DNA of 64,000 bases from a virus (lineage: Duplodnaviria > Caudoviricetes): positions 224,001 through 288,000 of the IMG/VR virus record IMGVR_UViG_3300037780_000034. One strand, 5' to 3'. The notes beneath the pieces were generated by a model. It saw nothing but the letters and a program-made list of their open reading frames with translations. It was not told the origin of the DNA and made no database searches. Positions 41,562 to 51,201 of the stretch are shown in pieces (position 1 is the first letter of the stretch; each line of letters begins with the position of its first letter). A program made the translations under genes and the position numbers.

Positions 41562-43008
41562 CGAAATAATACAAAAGATAAAAAATATTATTGTAGAAAA
41601 TCCTAAAAATTATAGTAAAATAATTAAAAAACACAGTGACTTATATAATTGGGTTTTAGAAAACAAAAAAACCGACAATGAAAAAGTATCTGCACAAATA
41701 TATAGTGCAATACATTCTATAAGTGATGTGTGCAAGTATAATAAAGTTAAAAAGTTTGATAGATGGTCATCAGGATTTGTAGGATGTGGTCCTGCATCTG
41801 TTTGTGATTGCACGAAAGAAAATATATCATCTTCTGTAACAAATACAAAGTCAAAGTTAACACTGGACGATATAGAACAATCAAACAACAAAAGAATAAA
41901 AACTATGAACGAAAAGTATGGAGTTTCTTATAATTCACAAAGAGCAGAAGTAAAACCTATATTGAAAAAATCAAAATTATCAAATACCACACATAAAATT
42001 CTTAGTGATTATGATTGGTTGTATACTGAATACGAAACTAAAAAAAGAACAAGTGTTGATATAGCAAAACAGTTAGATGTTCACAATTCAACTGTTATAG
42101 AATATTTAAAAAAGAATGATTTTCAAATACGTCAATATTCTAATTATTCATTGGAAGAATTAGAGATACAAGATTTTTTAAAAAGTTTGGGTATTGATTT
42201 TATAGAAAATGATAGAACTGTTCTGGATGGAAAAGAATTAGATATTTATATTCCAAATAAAAACATTGCTTTTGAAATAAATGGATTGTATTGGCATTCA
42301 TATGGAAAAGCAGATATAGAAAAAACAGATTTTCATTTATATAAAACAGAAAAATGTCAAGAAAAAAGCATAAGTTTGTTACACATTACGGATTGGGAAT
42401 GGAACAACAAAAATGATATAATAAAATCTATAATAAAAACAAAACTAGGATTAAACAAGCGTATACCTGCAAGAAAATGTGTATTGAAACAAATAGATAC
42501 AAAAGATGCAAAAACATTTTTTGAAGAGAATCATTTACAAGGATTTATAGGAGCAACTAACTATATAGGATTAATATATGATAACGATCTTGTTATGTGT
42601 ATGAGTTTTGGAAAAAATAGGTTTGGAGAAGGAGTTGAACTCTATAGGTTAGCAAGCAAACAAGGTATAACAGTAATTGGCGGTGCAAGCAAAATAATTA
42701 AATATTATACAAAAACATATAACATAAACAATATAACAACATATTGCGATTATTCTAAATCATATGGAAATGGTTACAGAAAAATGGGGTTTACTTATAT
42801 GGGAAAAACCAAAGTAAACTATTTTTGGACAGATAAAAGAAGTATAATACCAAGATATAAAACGCAGCATAGTAATATAAAAAAAATAATTGGCGATTTA
42901 TATGATCCAAATTTAAGTGAACGTGAAAATATGATGAATGCTGGATTTAGAAGATATTGGGGATGTGGAAATTTAATATTTAAATATAATAAAATATCTG
43001 ATAAATAA
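41554..43008 (+). mobile_element. Homing-endonuclease-like nuclease-GNAT fusion, copy 4
   Basis: More divergent, with a single KYG repeat, AFEINGLYWH and VELYRLAS...GGASKII...TTYCD...GNGY. The likely start is ATG 41554 (MSDEIIQKI). Confidence 0.7.
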
Positions 43009-43028
43009 CTTGTATATAGGAGAATAAT

Positions 43029-43376
43029 ATGTCTTTAGTAACTTATCAGATAAATCAAGTAGTTTCAAAAACAAATGAAATTGAATTTTCATTTTCTGGA
43101 AATTTAGTATTACCAAAAGGTGACAATGCACAACGTGCAAGTGAACTTATAGGTTCTTTAAGATATAATACAGAAAAACAGGTATTTGAAGCACGTGATG
43201 CAAATGGATGGATTCCTATTGGAAACTTTATATTAAATGAAGATTTAGATACTGGAATAAAAATTGAAAATGGTATTATAAATATATATGAAAACGATAC
43301 AATAACTGTTTCTATAAGTGAAGGAACCGTTAATGCAGATTTGTTTGTTGGAAAAATTGATGGTGGGACTTATTAA
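43029..43376 (+). CDS. Small fibre-associated structural protein
   Basis: 115 aa with LVLPKG...GSLRYNTEKQVFE and C-terminal IDGGTY motifs common in large-phage fibre proteins. Confidence 0.55.
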   Translation: MSLVTYQINQVVSKTNEIEFSFSGNLVLPKGDNAQRASELIGSLRYNTEKQVFEARDANGWIPIGNFILNEDLDTGIKIENGIINIYENDTITVSISEGTVNADLFVGKIDGGTY

Positions 43377-43377
43377 A

Positions 43378-43385
43378 TATAAATA
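43378..43385 (+). promoter_or_regulatory. T4-type late promoter TATAAATA
   Basis: Exact motif 33 bp upstream of ATG 43418. Confidence 0.5.
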
Positions 43386-43417
43386 CTATAAATGCTAAAA
43401 TAATAGGATAAAAAATT

Positions 43418-46400
43418 ATGTCATCACAAATTATTCAAAAACAATCTAATGTTAGCGGAAAAATTCCATTATTAAGTGATTTACAATCAGGTGAATTTGC
43501 TGTTAACACTTATGACGGAAAAATATTTTTAAAACAAATTAAAGAATATTATGATGATACTCTCCAAGAAACAGTTAATGAAGAAAAAATAATAGAATTT
43601 ACTTCTTCTATTCCAGTAGAAAATACAATATATGTTCAAAAAGCTGGTGATGATAATAATGATGGAAAAACTTGGAGTTCATCATTTTTAACAATTGAAG
43701 CTGCTATTCGGGAAGCAGAAAGACGCAATAGTTTAACACTTATACAAATTGGTCCCGGTGTATATACTACAAAAGGACATATAGATGTTCCAGATAATAC
43801 GGTAATTCAAGCTACGCATAGAACTGTGTTTGTTAAACCAGAGACAGGATATGAAGAAAGAAACGTATTTAGATTGGGATCAGGTTGCTTTTTAGAAGGT
43901 ATTGTTTTTGAAAATTGGCGTCTTGATGATTTAGACAATCCAACCGAAGGGTTTGCTGTGTGTTTCAGACCCGGTGCAAAAATAACACGTGTTCCTTATG
44001 CTCATAAGATTGCAGTAAGAACTCCTCCATATTGGTCAACCATTGCTCCCCCATTAGACAGACTAAATGGAAATCCATTAGTAGGGCGTGGCGCTGGTGT
44101 TGCATTAGCAGATGCAAGTGTGTTAGACCCAGATTCAATATTTCCAAACATTATGACTTGGGGTGCTACCCCAGTTTCACATAATGGCATTGGATATTGT
44201 GCAAAAAATGGTGGATTGATCAATGCTGTTAACGCTATTAGCTTATGGGCACACAAACACTTTTTAGCCATAGATGGTGGACAAATAATTCTTTCATCTT
44301 GTTCAACACAATTTGGCGATTATACTATGGTTTCACAAGGAACCAGAAATTTAATAAATCCATACAGCGTAGAAGATGACAATATAGTTCTTGTTGTTGA
44401 TGAAGGGTCTGCAAATTTAGTAAATCTTGCAACAAATGCAGTTATACAAGATTTGTTAACAGAGTTACAATCACAAAGTTTTACAACAAACTGGCCAACT
44501 GAATATTTAACATTAACAGAACGTGATTCAGAATTATTTTTTCAATCGTTGGTTTGGGTATTGAGAACTGCCAATGAAAGACCTATGTTGGATTTTGCCA
44601 AAGGGTTCTTTGATACAAATGGAAATAGAGCATTTACTGATATAAATTATAACTATGATAAATGCTATCGTGATACACAATTAATAACTGATGCAATAAG
44701 ATATGATGTTCTTTTTGGAACTAACTATAGAAGTATAAATGCAGCATTGGCATATTATCGTGCAAATTCAAGTGAAGTTATAACTACACAATTAGAAAAT
44801 ACACTACTTGCAATACAAAAACAAAAAGAAATTACTGCCTCATATCTTGAAGGCAATTCATTAACAAGATCAAATGCATTATTTGACGAAATATTAAATA
44901 TATTAGAGAATGGTGAATCTTCAGCAAGTGCTTATTCGTTAACAGACCCAACAGATTATGATGTTGGTTTTTTCAATGCAAGAAGACTTTTAGTATCTAA
45001 CAAAACATTCATTCAAGATGAAATTGATGCTTGGATAGCAGATCAAATAGCAAATGAAATTTCTCCGTTTACAAGTGGATTTACATATGATGTAGCAGCT
45101 TGTAGGCGTGATGTAGGATTAATAGTAGATGCGCTTCGTTATGACCTAACATATGGTGGAAATTTAGAAACATATAATGCTGCTATAGCATATTTTGTTG
45201 GAGCTACTTCGCAATTAGGTGCTGGTGAAAAACAAGCAACTCTTGCAGCGTATCAAAGATTAAAAGATATAATTGGTGATATTTTACAAGGAATTAGTAT
45301 AACACCTTCTACAAATAATGTCACAGTTCAAGATATTTCAGGAACTGCTGGAAGCTTAGAAGCAGCAACATTTGCTCAAACCAGAATTCAAGAAATATCA
45401 GATACAATTGATTCTGATGGAACTCCACCAACAGTTTTAATACCAGAACTATCTTGGCCAGATGATGAATATAATTTATCTTATTATATCTTGACTGAAA
45501 ACACTATAAAAATATCAAAAGCTGTTATGGATTATTTAAGCACAATATACACAGACTATAATTATGATAAATGCTATCGTGATGTGTTGTTAATAAATGA
45601 AGCTGTTGCATATGATGTATTGTTTAATAGTAATTATAGATCAATAAATTCTGCATTATCTTACTACAGACAAAATGCAAATAAAGTTATTAATAGTCAA
45701 AAAGCAATAACTATACAAGCTATAGAACGTCAACAACAAACTCTTGTTTCATTGTTGTCTGACGGAGATTCAATAACAAGAGCAAACGCATTGTTTACTG
45801 AGATATTGAATATCTTGAATAACGGAGCAGAAAACGCAAGTTCTTATTTCTTAAATGACCCAACTGGTTACAATACTACATTTTTAATTGGGTATGGAAA
45901 TGCAAGACAACAGCTTGTTGATAACAAAACCTTCATTCAAGATGAAATTGATGCTTGGATAGCAGATCAAGTAGCAAACAATATTTCTCCATTTACTACT
46001 AGCTTTACCTATGATGAAGCGGCCTGTAGACGTGATGTTGGATTAATAATAGATGCACTTCGTTATGATCTAACATATGGTGGAAATTTAGAAACATATA
46101 ATGCTGCTGTTGCCTATTTTCTGGGCAATATATCTCAATTGGGTTCTGGTGAAATACAACCAACTGTTGCAACTTATAATTATCTCAAAACAATATTGAG
46201 TGATATTTTAGTTAATGTAACAATAACACCAACAACTGGAAATACTACACTACAAACTACAGGTGGACTTGTAGGTTCACAAGAAGCAGTTACTTTCACA
46301 TTATCAAGAATAGATGATATTATAGGATCAATAACAACACTAAGTGCACCCACTAGAATTTTACCAAATACTAGTTGGCCTGCGTCAAACTATATTTCAT

Positions 46401-46903
46401 CATTTAATACAATACTTGGAAATACCAATGTTATTGCCACCGATGTATTAAAGTATATAAATGTAGAGAATAAATCACTTTTGGGAGCATTTATATTTTC
46501 TTGGGAATATATTCGTGATGAATTAGTATCTATAGTTGGTATATCTGCAGGTTCTATAACCATCATAAACGCATTAGTAGATTCGCTAATAAGAACTATA
46601 TTAAATCCTAATAAAATAAGTGAACCTTCAACTATAACTGCAATAGGACATACTTGGAGTGGAATTATGTCAGGAGTTGCACTTACTAAAATACCTCCCG
46701 CAAGAAACCAAAATAGTATACAGGAAAGTATTTTAGAACTTGACAGAGGCGTAGTTATAGCAAGCGGTCAAGATGATCAAGGTTCTGCATTATTCATTGG
46801 TGGAATGGAAATAAATGCAGATACTGGTGAATTATCTGGACCACCCTTTGATACAGCAGTCAATAGAATAGCAACAAGAGCAGCAATCGCAAGGAGTTTT
46901 TAA
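43418..46903 (+). CDS. Large fibre/virion protein with duplicated helical CxRD-motif repeats
   Basis: Fibre-type N-terminus (LQSGEFAVNTYDGKIF) and a YVQKAGDDNNDG...FLTIEAA motif. Two ~305-aa repeats follow, each with KCYRD and ACRRD motifs. Confidence 0.6.
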   Translation: MSSQIIQKQSNVSGKIPLLSDLQSGEFAVNTYDGKIFLKQIKEYYDDTLQETVNEEKIIEFTSSIPVENTIYVQKAGDDNNDGKTWSSSFLTIEAAIREAERRNSLTLIQIGPGVYTTKGHIDVPDNTVIQATHRTVFVKPETGYEERNVFRLGSGCFLEGIVFENWRLDDLDNPTEGFAVCFRPGAKITRVPYAHKIAVRTPPYWSTIAPPLDRLNGNPLVGRGAGVALADASVLDPDSIFPNIMTWGATPVSHNGIGYCAKNGGLINAVNAISLWAHKHFLAIDGGQIILSSCSTQFGDYTMVSQGTRNLINPYSVEDDNIVLVVDEGSANLVNLATNAVIQDLLTELQSQSFTTNWPTEYLTLTERDSELFFQSLVWVLRTANERPMLDFAKGFFDTNGNRAFTDINYNYDKCYRDTQLITDAIRYDVLFGTNYRSINAALAYYRANSSEVITTQLENTLLAIQKQKEITASYLEGNSLTRSNALFDEILNILENGESSASAYSLTDPTDYDVGFFNARRLLVSNKTFIQDEIDAWIADQIANEISPFTSGFTYDVAACRRDVGLIVDALRYDLTYGGNLETYNAAIAYFVGATSQLGAGEKQATLAAYQRLKDIIGDILQGISITPSTNNVTVQDISGTAGSLEAATFAQTRIQEISDTIDSDGTPPTVLIPELSWPDDEYNLSYYILTENTIKISKAVMDYLSTIYTDYNYDKCYRDVLLINEAVAYDVLFNSNYRSINSALSYYRQNANKVINSQKAITIQAIERQQQTLVSLLSDGDSITRANALFTEILNILNNGAENASSYFLNDPTGYNTTFLIGYGNARQQLVDNKTFIQDEIDAWIADQVANNISPFTTSFTYDEAACRRDVGLIIDALRYDLTYGGNLETYNAAVAYFLGNISQLGSGEIQPTVATYNYLKTILSDILVNVTITPTTGNTTLQTTGGLVGSQEAVTFTLSRIDDIIGSITTLSAPTRILPNTSWPASNYISSFNTILGNTNVIATDVLKYINVENKSLLGAFIFSWEYIRDELVSIVGISAGSITIINALVDSLIRTILNPNKISEPSTITAIGHTWSGIMSGVALTKIPPARNQNSIQESILELDRGVVIASGQDDQGSALFIGGMEINADTGELSGPPFDTAVNRIATRAAIARSF

Positions 46904-46906
46904 GAA

Positions 46907-47371
46907 ATGGCTAGAATTACGTGCCGCACACCGTCTACTGGTAGACCAATATATGCAAAATTAAATGATGTTCCAACAACATTTACAACAGTTATTGAAC
47001 CACCTGATTTTTCTATTCCGGATACATCAAACAGATTTACCACACGTGATCCGCTTGATACTTCACGTGCAATAAGACCTGGAGAAATATTTTTCCTTAC
47101 ACCTTTAGCTGTTAAAAATAAAACAAGCACAACAAGATGGATTGAAGTTATTTTGCTTAGTGAAGATGGAACTACAATAGAAATTGCAAAAGTGTATGTC
47201 CCAAAAGAAGATACCGCATTTATTCCACTTCAAGGTAGAAGTATATTTAAAAGAAATGCAAATGCTGCAAACGGAGACAGAATACAAATTCGTGCAGAAA
47301 CATCAAATACATTTGATATATGGGTATCCGCAGAAGAAAAACCATCTAATGAGCATATCGGAGTAGAATAA
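46907..47371 (+). CDS. Hypothetical virion-associated protein
   Basis: 154-aa ORF with an AGGAG RBS inside the fibre operon. Confidence 0.55.
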   Translation: MARITCRTPSTGRPIYAKLNDVPTTFTTVIEPPDFSIPDTSNRFTTRDPLDTSRAIRPGEIFFLTPLAVKNKTSTTRWIEVILLSEDGTTIEIAKVYVPKEDTAFIPLQGRSIFKRNANAANGDRIQIRAETSNTFDIWVSAEEKPSNEHIGVE

Positions 47372-47373
47372 TA

Positions 47374-48135
47374 ATGACAAAATTATTATCAGATAGAATA
47401 AGAAAAACTCCAAGCACAGAAGCAGACCCGGAACGTTACGAATTTATTAGTTTGAGTAATGCTGAACCTGACCTTGGGGTTCCTCAATCTGATAACCAAA
47501 CTTTATATTCTTTGCTTGATGGAACAAGATATTGGGGAAATCCAGTAGGTTTTACGGGATCAACTGGATACGATGGTTCCCAAGGATACACTGGTTCTAA
47601 TGCCGAAATAGAAAGTGATGATTCTATTGATGGTGTAGGAACAGTGGCAAGCCCATTAAGTGTAGTTAAGTTTGCAAGTCCAGTAGATATATCACTATCA
47701 GGAGAGGTTAGTGGAACCGTTAGCTTTGATGGTTCACAAAATGTTGATATAGTAACAAGTGTTAATAGTATAACAACTATAACAAAAACATTAACTATAA
47801 CACAAGACTGGCAAGATTTAGGAATAAATGGAACTGATTTGGAAAACGGAACATATGCAATACAATTGTATGCAAATGATGTCACCAGTGGTGGAGAAAG
47901 TATTAAAGAATATCATAGTGGTATAATGAGTTGGTTTTCAGAACCTATTACACAAAGTATTGTATTACCAAATGATGAAATTATTTTACATCGCGCAGGA
48001 GGCGGAGGAACTGGAATAATATATTTAAGAACATTTCGCTCAGATATTAACGATATATTAAAGCTACAAATAAGCGCATCTTATATAGCTAGTGGTTCGT
48101 CAAATTATGTTATAAAACTAAGAAAAATAATATAA
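47374..48135 (+). CDS. Fibre-like structural protein
   Basis: Short GxTGSxG collagen-like stretch and an ISLSGEVSGTVSFDGSQNVDI shaft motif shared with the next gene. Confidence 0.55.
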   Translation: MTKLLSDRIRKTPSTEADPERYEFISLSNAEPDLGVPQSDNQTLYSLLDGTRYWGNPVGFTGSTGYDGSQGYTGSNAEIESDDSIDGVGTVASPLSVVKFASPVDISLSGEVSGTVSFDGSQNVDIVTSVNSITTITKTLTITQDWQDLGINGTDLENGTYAIQLYANDVTSGGESIKEYHSGIMSWFSEPITQSIVLPNDEIILHRAGGGGTGIIYLRTFRSDINDILKLQISASYIASGSSNYVIKLRKII

Positions 48136-48138
48136 ATA
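48131..48138 (+). promoter_or_regulatory. T4-type late promoter TATAAATA
   Basis: Exact motif 23 bp upstream of ATG 48161, followed by an AGGAG RBS. Confidence 0.5.
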
Positions 48139-48160
48139 AGATATATTAGGAGAATTTTAT

Positions 48161-49966
48161 ATGGCATTCAAGATTAAAGACGGTATTAAGATTTCTAGTG
48201 TTGACGTTTTTAACAACAGCGGTGAACTATTAGTTAATGCCCCAACTGCATCAAAATTACTAACTGCAAGAACAATAAGTTTAAGCGGTGATGCTTCAGG
48301 AAGTGTAAGTTTTGATGGATCACAAAATGCAGACATAGTAGTTACTATAACTGGTTTAGACACTGGCGGCGGCGGTGATCCTACATTTACAAGTGATTTG
48401 GTAGGTGATGTTTACGCAAGTAACGGAACAAGTAAAATATTAGAAAACGGAACAAACGGGACCGATGCGGTATTTACAGGAAGTTTGATAGGAAATGCAT
48501 CTACTGCAAGTGCTTGGCAAACTGCGAGAACTGTAACTTTTGCAACAGGTGATGTTACTGGTAATTTTACAATTGATGGTTCTGCAAATGTTGGTGACAT
48601 TGCATTAACTCTTGTAAATGATAGTATTACTATAGGAACAACAACAATTGCATTGGGAACAACACAAACTTCTCTTGCTGGTTTAACAGAATTAACTGTT
48701 GATGATTTAAACTTTAATGGCAATACAATTTCTTCTACCAATGATGGTATAACCCTCACGCCAGCAAGTGGAAGTTCTGTTGACGTAAGTGGTAGAAAAA
48801 TTACAAGTGTTGCAACACCAACTAATGCAACTGATGCTGCAAACAAACAATATGTTGACAATGTTGCACAAGGTATAAATGCATTACCAAGTGCAGATGT
48901 AGCAACTACTGCAAATTTAACAGCAACTTATAATCACGCTGCTGGAACATTAACTGCTACCGCAAATGGAGCATTTCCTGTAACAGATGGATACACTGTT
49001 CTACTAAATGACAATGTGTTGGTCAAAGATCAAACAAATGCATATGAAAATGGAAGTTATATTTTAACAACTGTTGGTGATACAGGAACACCTTGGGTAT
49101 TGACCCGTGCTGAATTCTTTAATGAAGAAAGCGAAATTGAAGGCGGATTTGAATTTGTTACAAACGGCACACTTTACATAAACACTGGATGGGTAGCTAC
49201 TATACCAAGTGACTTCATTTTTGGTAGCACAGATGCATCTGCCGATAATGGATTTACAACAAAAGGTGATATAGTTTGGGTTCAATTTAGTGGTGCAGGA
49301 ACATATGTTGCAGGATTAGGGTTAGACCTTAACGGAAACGAATTTAGTCTAAGTCATTTAGGAATAGAAGACTTAGTTGATCCAAATGCAGATAGTATTA
49401 TTTTCTGGGATGACAGTGCTAATAAAACTGATTGGCTTACTATAGGAACAGGATTAGCTATAACTGGAACAACTATCAATAATACACAACTTGCTTTCCA
49501 AAATATTGCAGTTAGTGGCCAAGATACCGTTGTTGCAGACACTGTAAACGATACGCTTACATTGGTTGCTGGTGATAATATCACTATAACTACAAACGCA
49601 GGAAGTGACAGTATTACCATTAGTAGCACAAACTCATTTGCTGGTGATACCGCATTTGATGATATTGTAGTTAATGGTATTACAACAACTTCACCAACAG
49701 TTATTGATAGTTTTGCTTTGGCTACGTATCGTTCTGCAAAATATTATGTTCAAGTATCACAAGGAAGTAATTTCCAAATAAGTGAACTTATGACAATTCA
49801 CGATGGAACCACTACTTATGATACTGAATTCGCAGTATTGGAAACACTTGGAGAATTAGGAACATTAACTACCGCAGTAAATGGTGCAAATATAGAATTA
49901 CGTATAACTATGGGAACAACCACAAGTGCAAATGTAAGAATAAAAAGATTGCTATTTGAGGTATAA
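48161..49966 (+). CDS. Tail fibre protein
   Basis: Thr/Gly-rich shaft repeats (ARTISLSGDASGSVSFDGS), a PTNATDAANKQYVD motif and a C-terminal IDSFALATYRSAKYYVQ domain. Confidence 0.7.
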   Translation: MAFKIKDGIKISSVDVFNNSGELLVNAPTASKLLTARTISLSGDASGSVSFDGSQNADIVVTITGLDTGGGGDPTFTSDLVGDVYASNGTSKILENGTNGTDAVFTGSLIGNASTASAWQTARTVTFATGDVTGNFTIDGSANVGDIALTLVNDSITIGTTTIALGTTQTSLAGLTELTVDDLNFNGNTISSTNDGITLTPASGSSVDVSGRKITSVATPTNATDAANKQYVDNVAQGINALPSADVATTANLTATYNHAAGTLTATANGAFPVTDGYTVLLNDNVLVKDQTNAYENGSYILTTVGDTGTPWVLTRAEFFNEESEIEGGFEFVTNGTLYINTGWVATIPSDFIFGSTDASADNGFTTKGDIVWVQFSGAGTYVAGLGLDLNGNEFSLSHLGIEDLVDPNADSIIFWDDSANKTDWLTIGTGLAITGTTINNTQLAFQNIAVSGQDTVVADTVNDTLTLVAGDNITITTNAGSDSITISSTNSFAGDTAFDDIVVNGITTTSPTVIDSFALATYRSAKYYVQVSQGSNFQISELMTIHDGTTTYDTEFAVLETLGELGTLTTAVNGANIELRITMGTTTSANVRIKRLLFEV

Positions 49967-49968
49967 TA

Positions 49969-51201
49969 ATGCCATTAAACTTTCCGGCTAACCCATCTTT
50001 AAATGATTTTTATCAGTTTAATGGTGCGAGTTATAAATGGAATGGAACAAAATGGGAAAATGCTTCTTTTAATAGTAATGCGGTGATTACAGAATTTACG
50101 GATTCTGTAAGCCAAAATTCTTCTACGATTTCCATAAATCCTTCTGTTCATAATTATTATAAAATAAACATTGATGGTGATATATCTATAGATTTACCAT
50201 CATCTTCTCCATATAGTAGTTTTGTTATGGAATTAAATTATGCTCCTATATCTGCTGGATACAATTTAACAAACGCTAGTTATGACAATGCAAGCTTTAG
50301 TGTAACAGATCAAGATATACAGCCATTTGCGTTGTTTTTCAAATCTGATGGCTCTAAAATGTATATGGGAGGTGCTATCACGGACAGAATTTATCAATAT
50401 ACACTTTCAACTCCTTGGGACATATCTACTACAAGTTATGATACCGTAAATTTTAGTGTTACTTCTCAAGTTAGCGTTCCTATTTCAATATTTTTTAAGC
50501 CAGACGGAACTAAATTATATGTGCTTGATATAGTCACAGACGCAATATTTCAATACACTCTTTCTACTCCTTGGGCAGTAAATACATCAAGCTATGACAA
50601 TATAAGTTTTAGTATTGCGTCACAAGAAACATCGCCATATGAATTCTTCTTTAAACCAGACGGAACCAAGATGTATATAATTGGAACAAGTAATGATACA
50701 GTTTATCAATATACACTTTCTACTCCTTGGGATATATCTACTACAAGCTATGATACTGTAAGCTTTAGTATTTCAGCCCAAGATTCTATTCCAACTGGTA
50801 TTTCTTTTAACCCAGATGGAACTAAAATGTTTATTATGGGATTTTCAACTGATACTATTTATCAATATACTTTATCTACACCTTGGGAAGTTAACACAGC
50901 AACTTATGATACTGTAAGTTTTAGTGTTTCTGCTCAACAATCTGCTCCATATGTAATATTTTTTAAATCAGATGGAACTAAAATGTATATTAGTGGAGAT
51001 ACAGGAGATTTGGTTCATCAATATTCTACAGGTGGATCAGTTGCACCAACAATAACTTGGAGTAATAATATATTATGGGCAGGTGGATCAGCACCCACGA
51101 TTGATTATGCATATGCTTCTAATATACTCATAAATTTTACAACATACGATGGTTCAAATTGGGTTGCTAACATATTATCAACAGATTTAAGGAGTTCATA
51201 A
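49969..51201 (+). CDS. Fibre/receptor-binding protein with five 52-aa beta-propeller-like repeats
   Basis: The unit FxxDGTKMY...QYTLSTPWD repeats every 156 bp. The N-terminus is FPxNP...NGASYKWNGTKW. Confidence 0.65.
   Translation: MPLNFPANPSLNDFYQFNGASYKWNGTKWENASFNSNAVITEFTDSVSQNSSTISINPSVHNYYKINIDGDISIDLPSSSPYSSFVMELNYAPISAGYNLTNASYDNASFSVTDQDIQPFALFFKSDGSKMYMGGAITDRIYQYTLSTPWDISTTSYDTVNFSVTSQVSVPISIFFKPDGTKLYVLDIVTDAIFQYTLSTPWAVNTSSYDNISFSIASQETSPYEFFFKPDGTKMYIIGTSNDTVYQYTLSTPWDISTTSYDTVSFSISAQDSIPTGISFNPDGTKMFIMGFSTDTIYQYTLSTPWEVNTATYDTVSFSVSAQQSAPYVIFFKSDGTKMYISGDTGDLVHQYSTGGSVAPTITWSNNILWAGGSAPTIDYAYASNILINFTTYDGSNWVANILSTDLRSS

Noticed and set aside
43418-46903. Inferring a cyanobacterial host from the phycobiliprotein-like motifs
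   Set aside because: No photosynthesis or other cyanophage marker genes are in the window. A sequence motif in a fibre protein does not establish the host.
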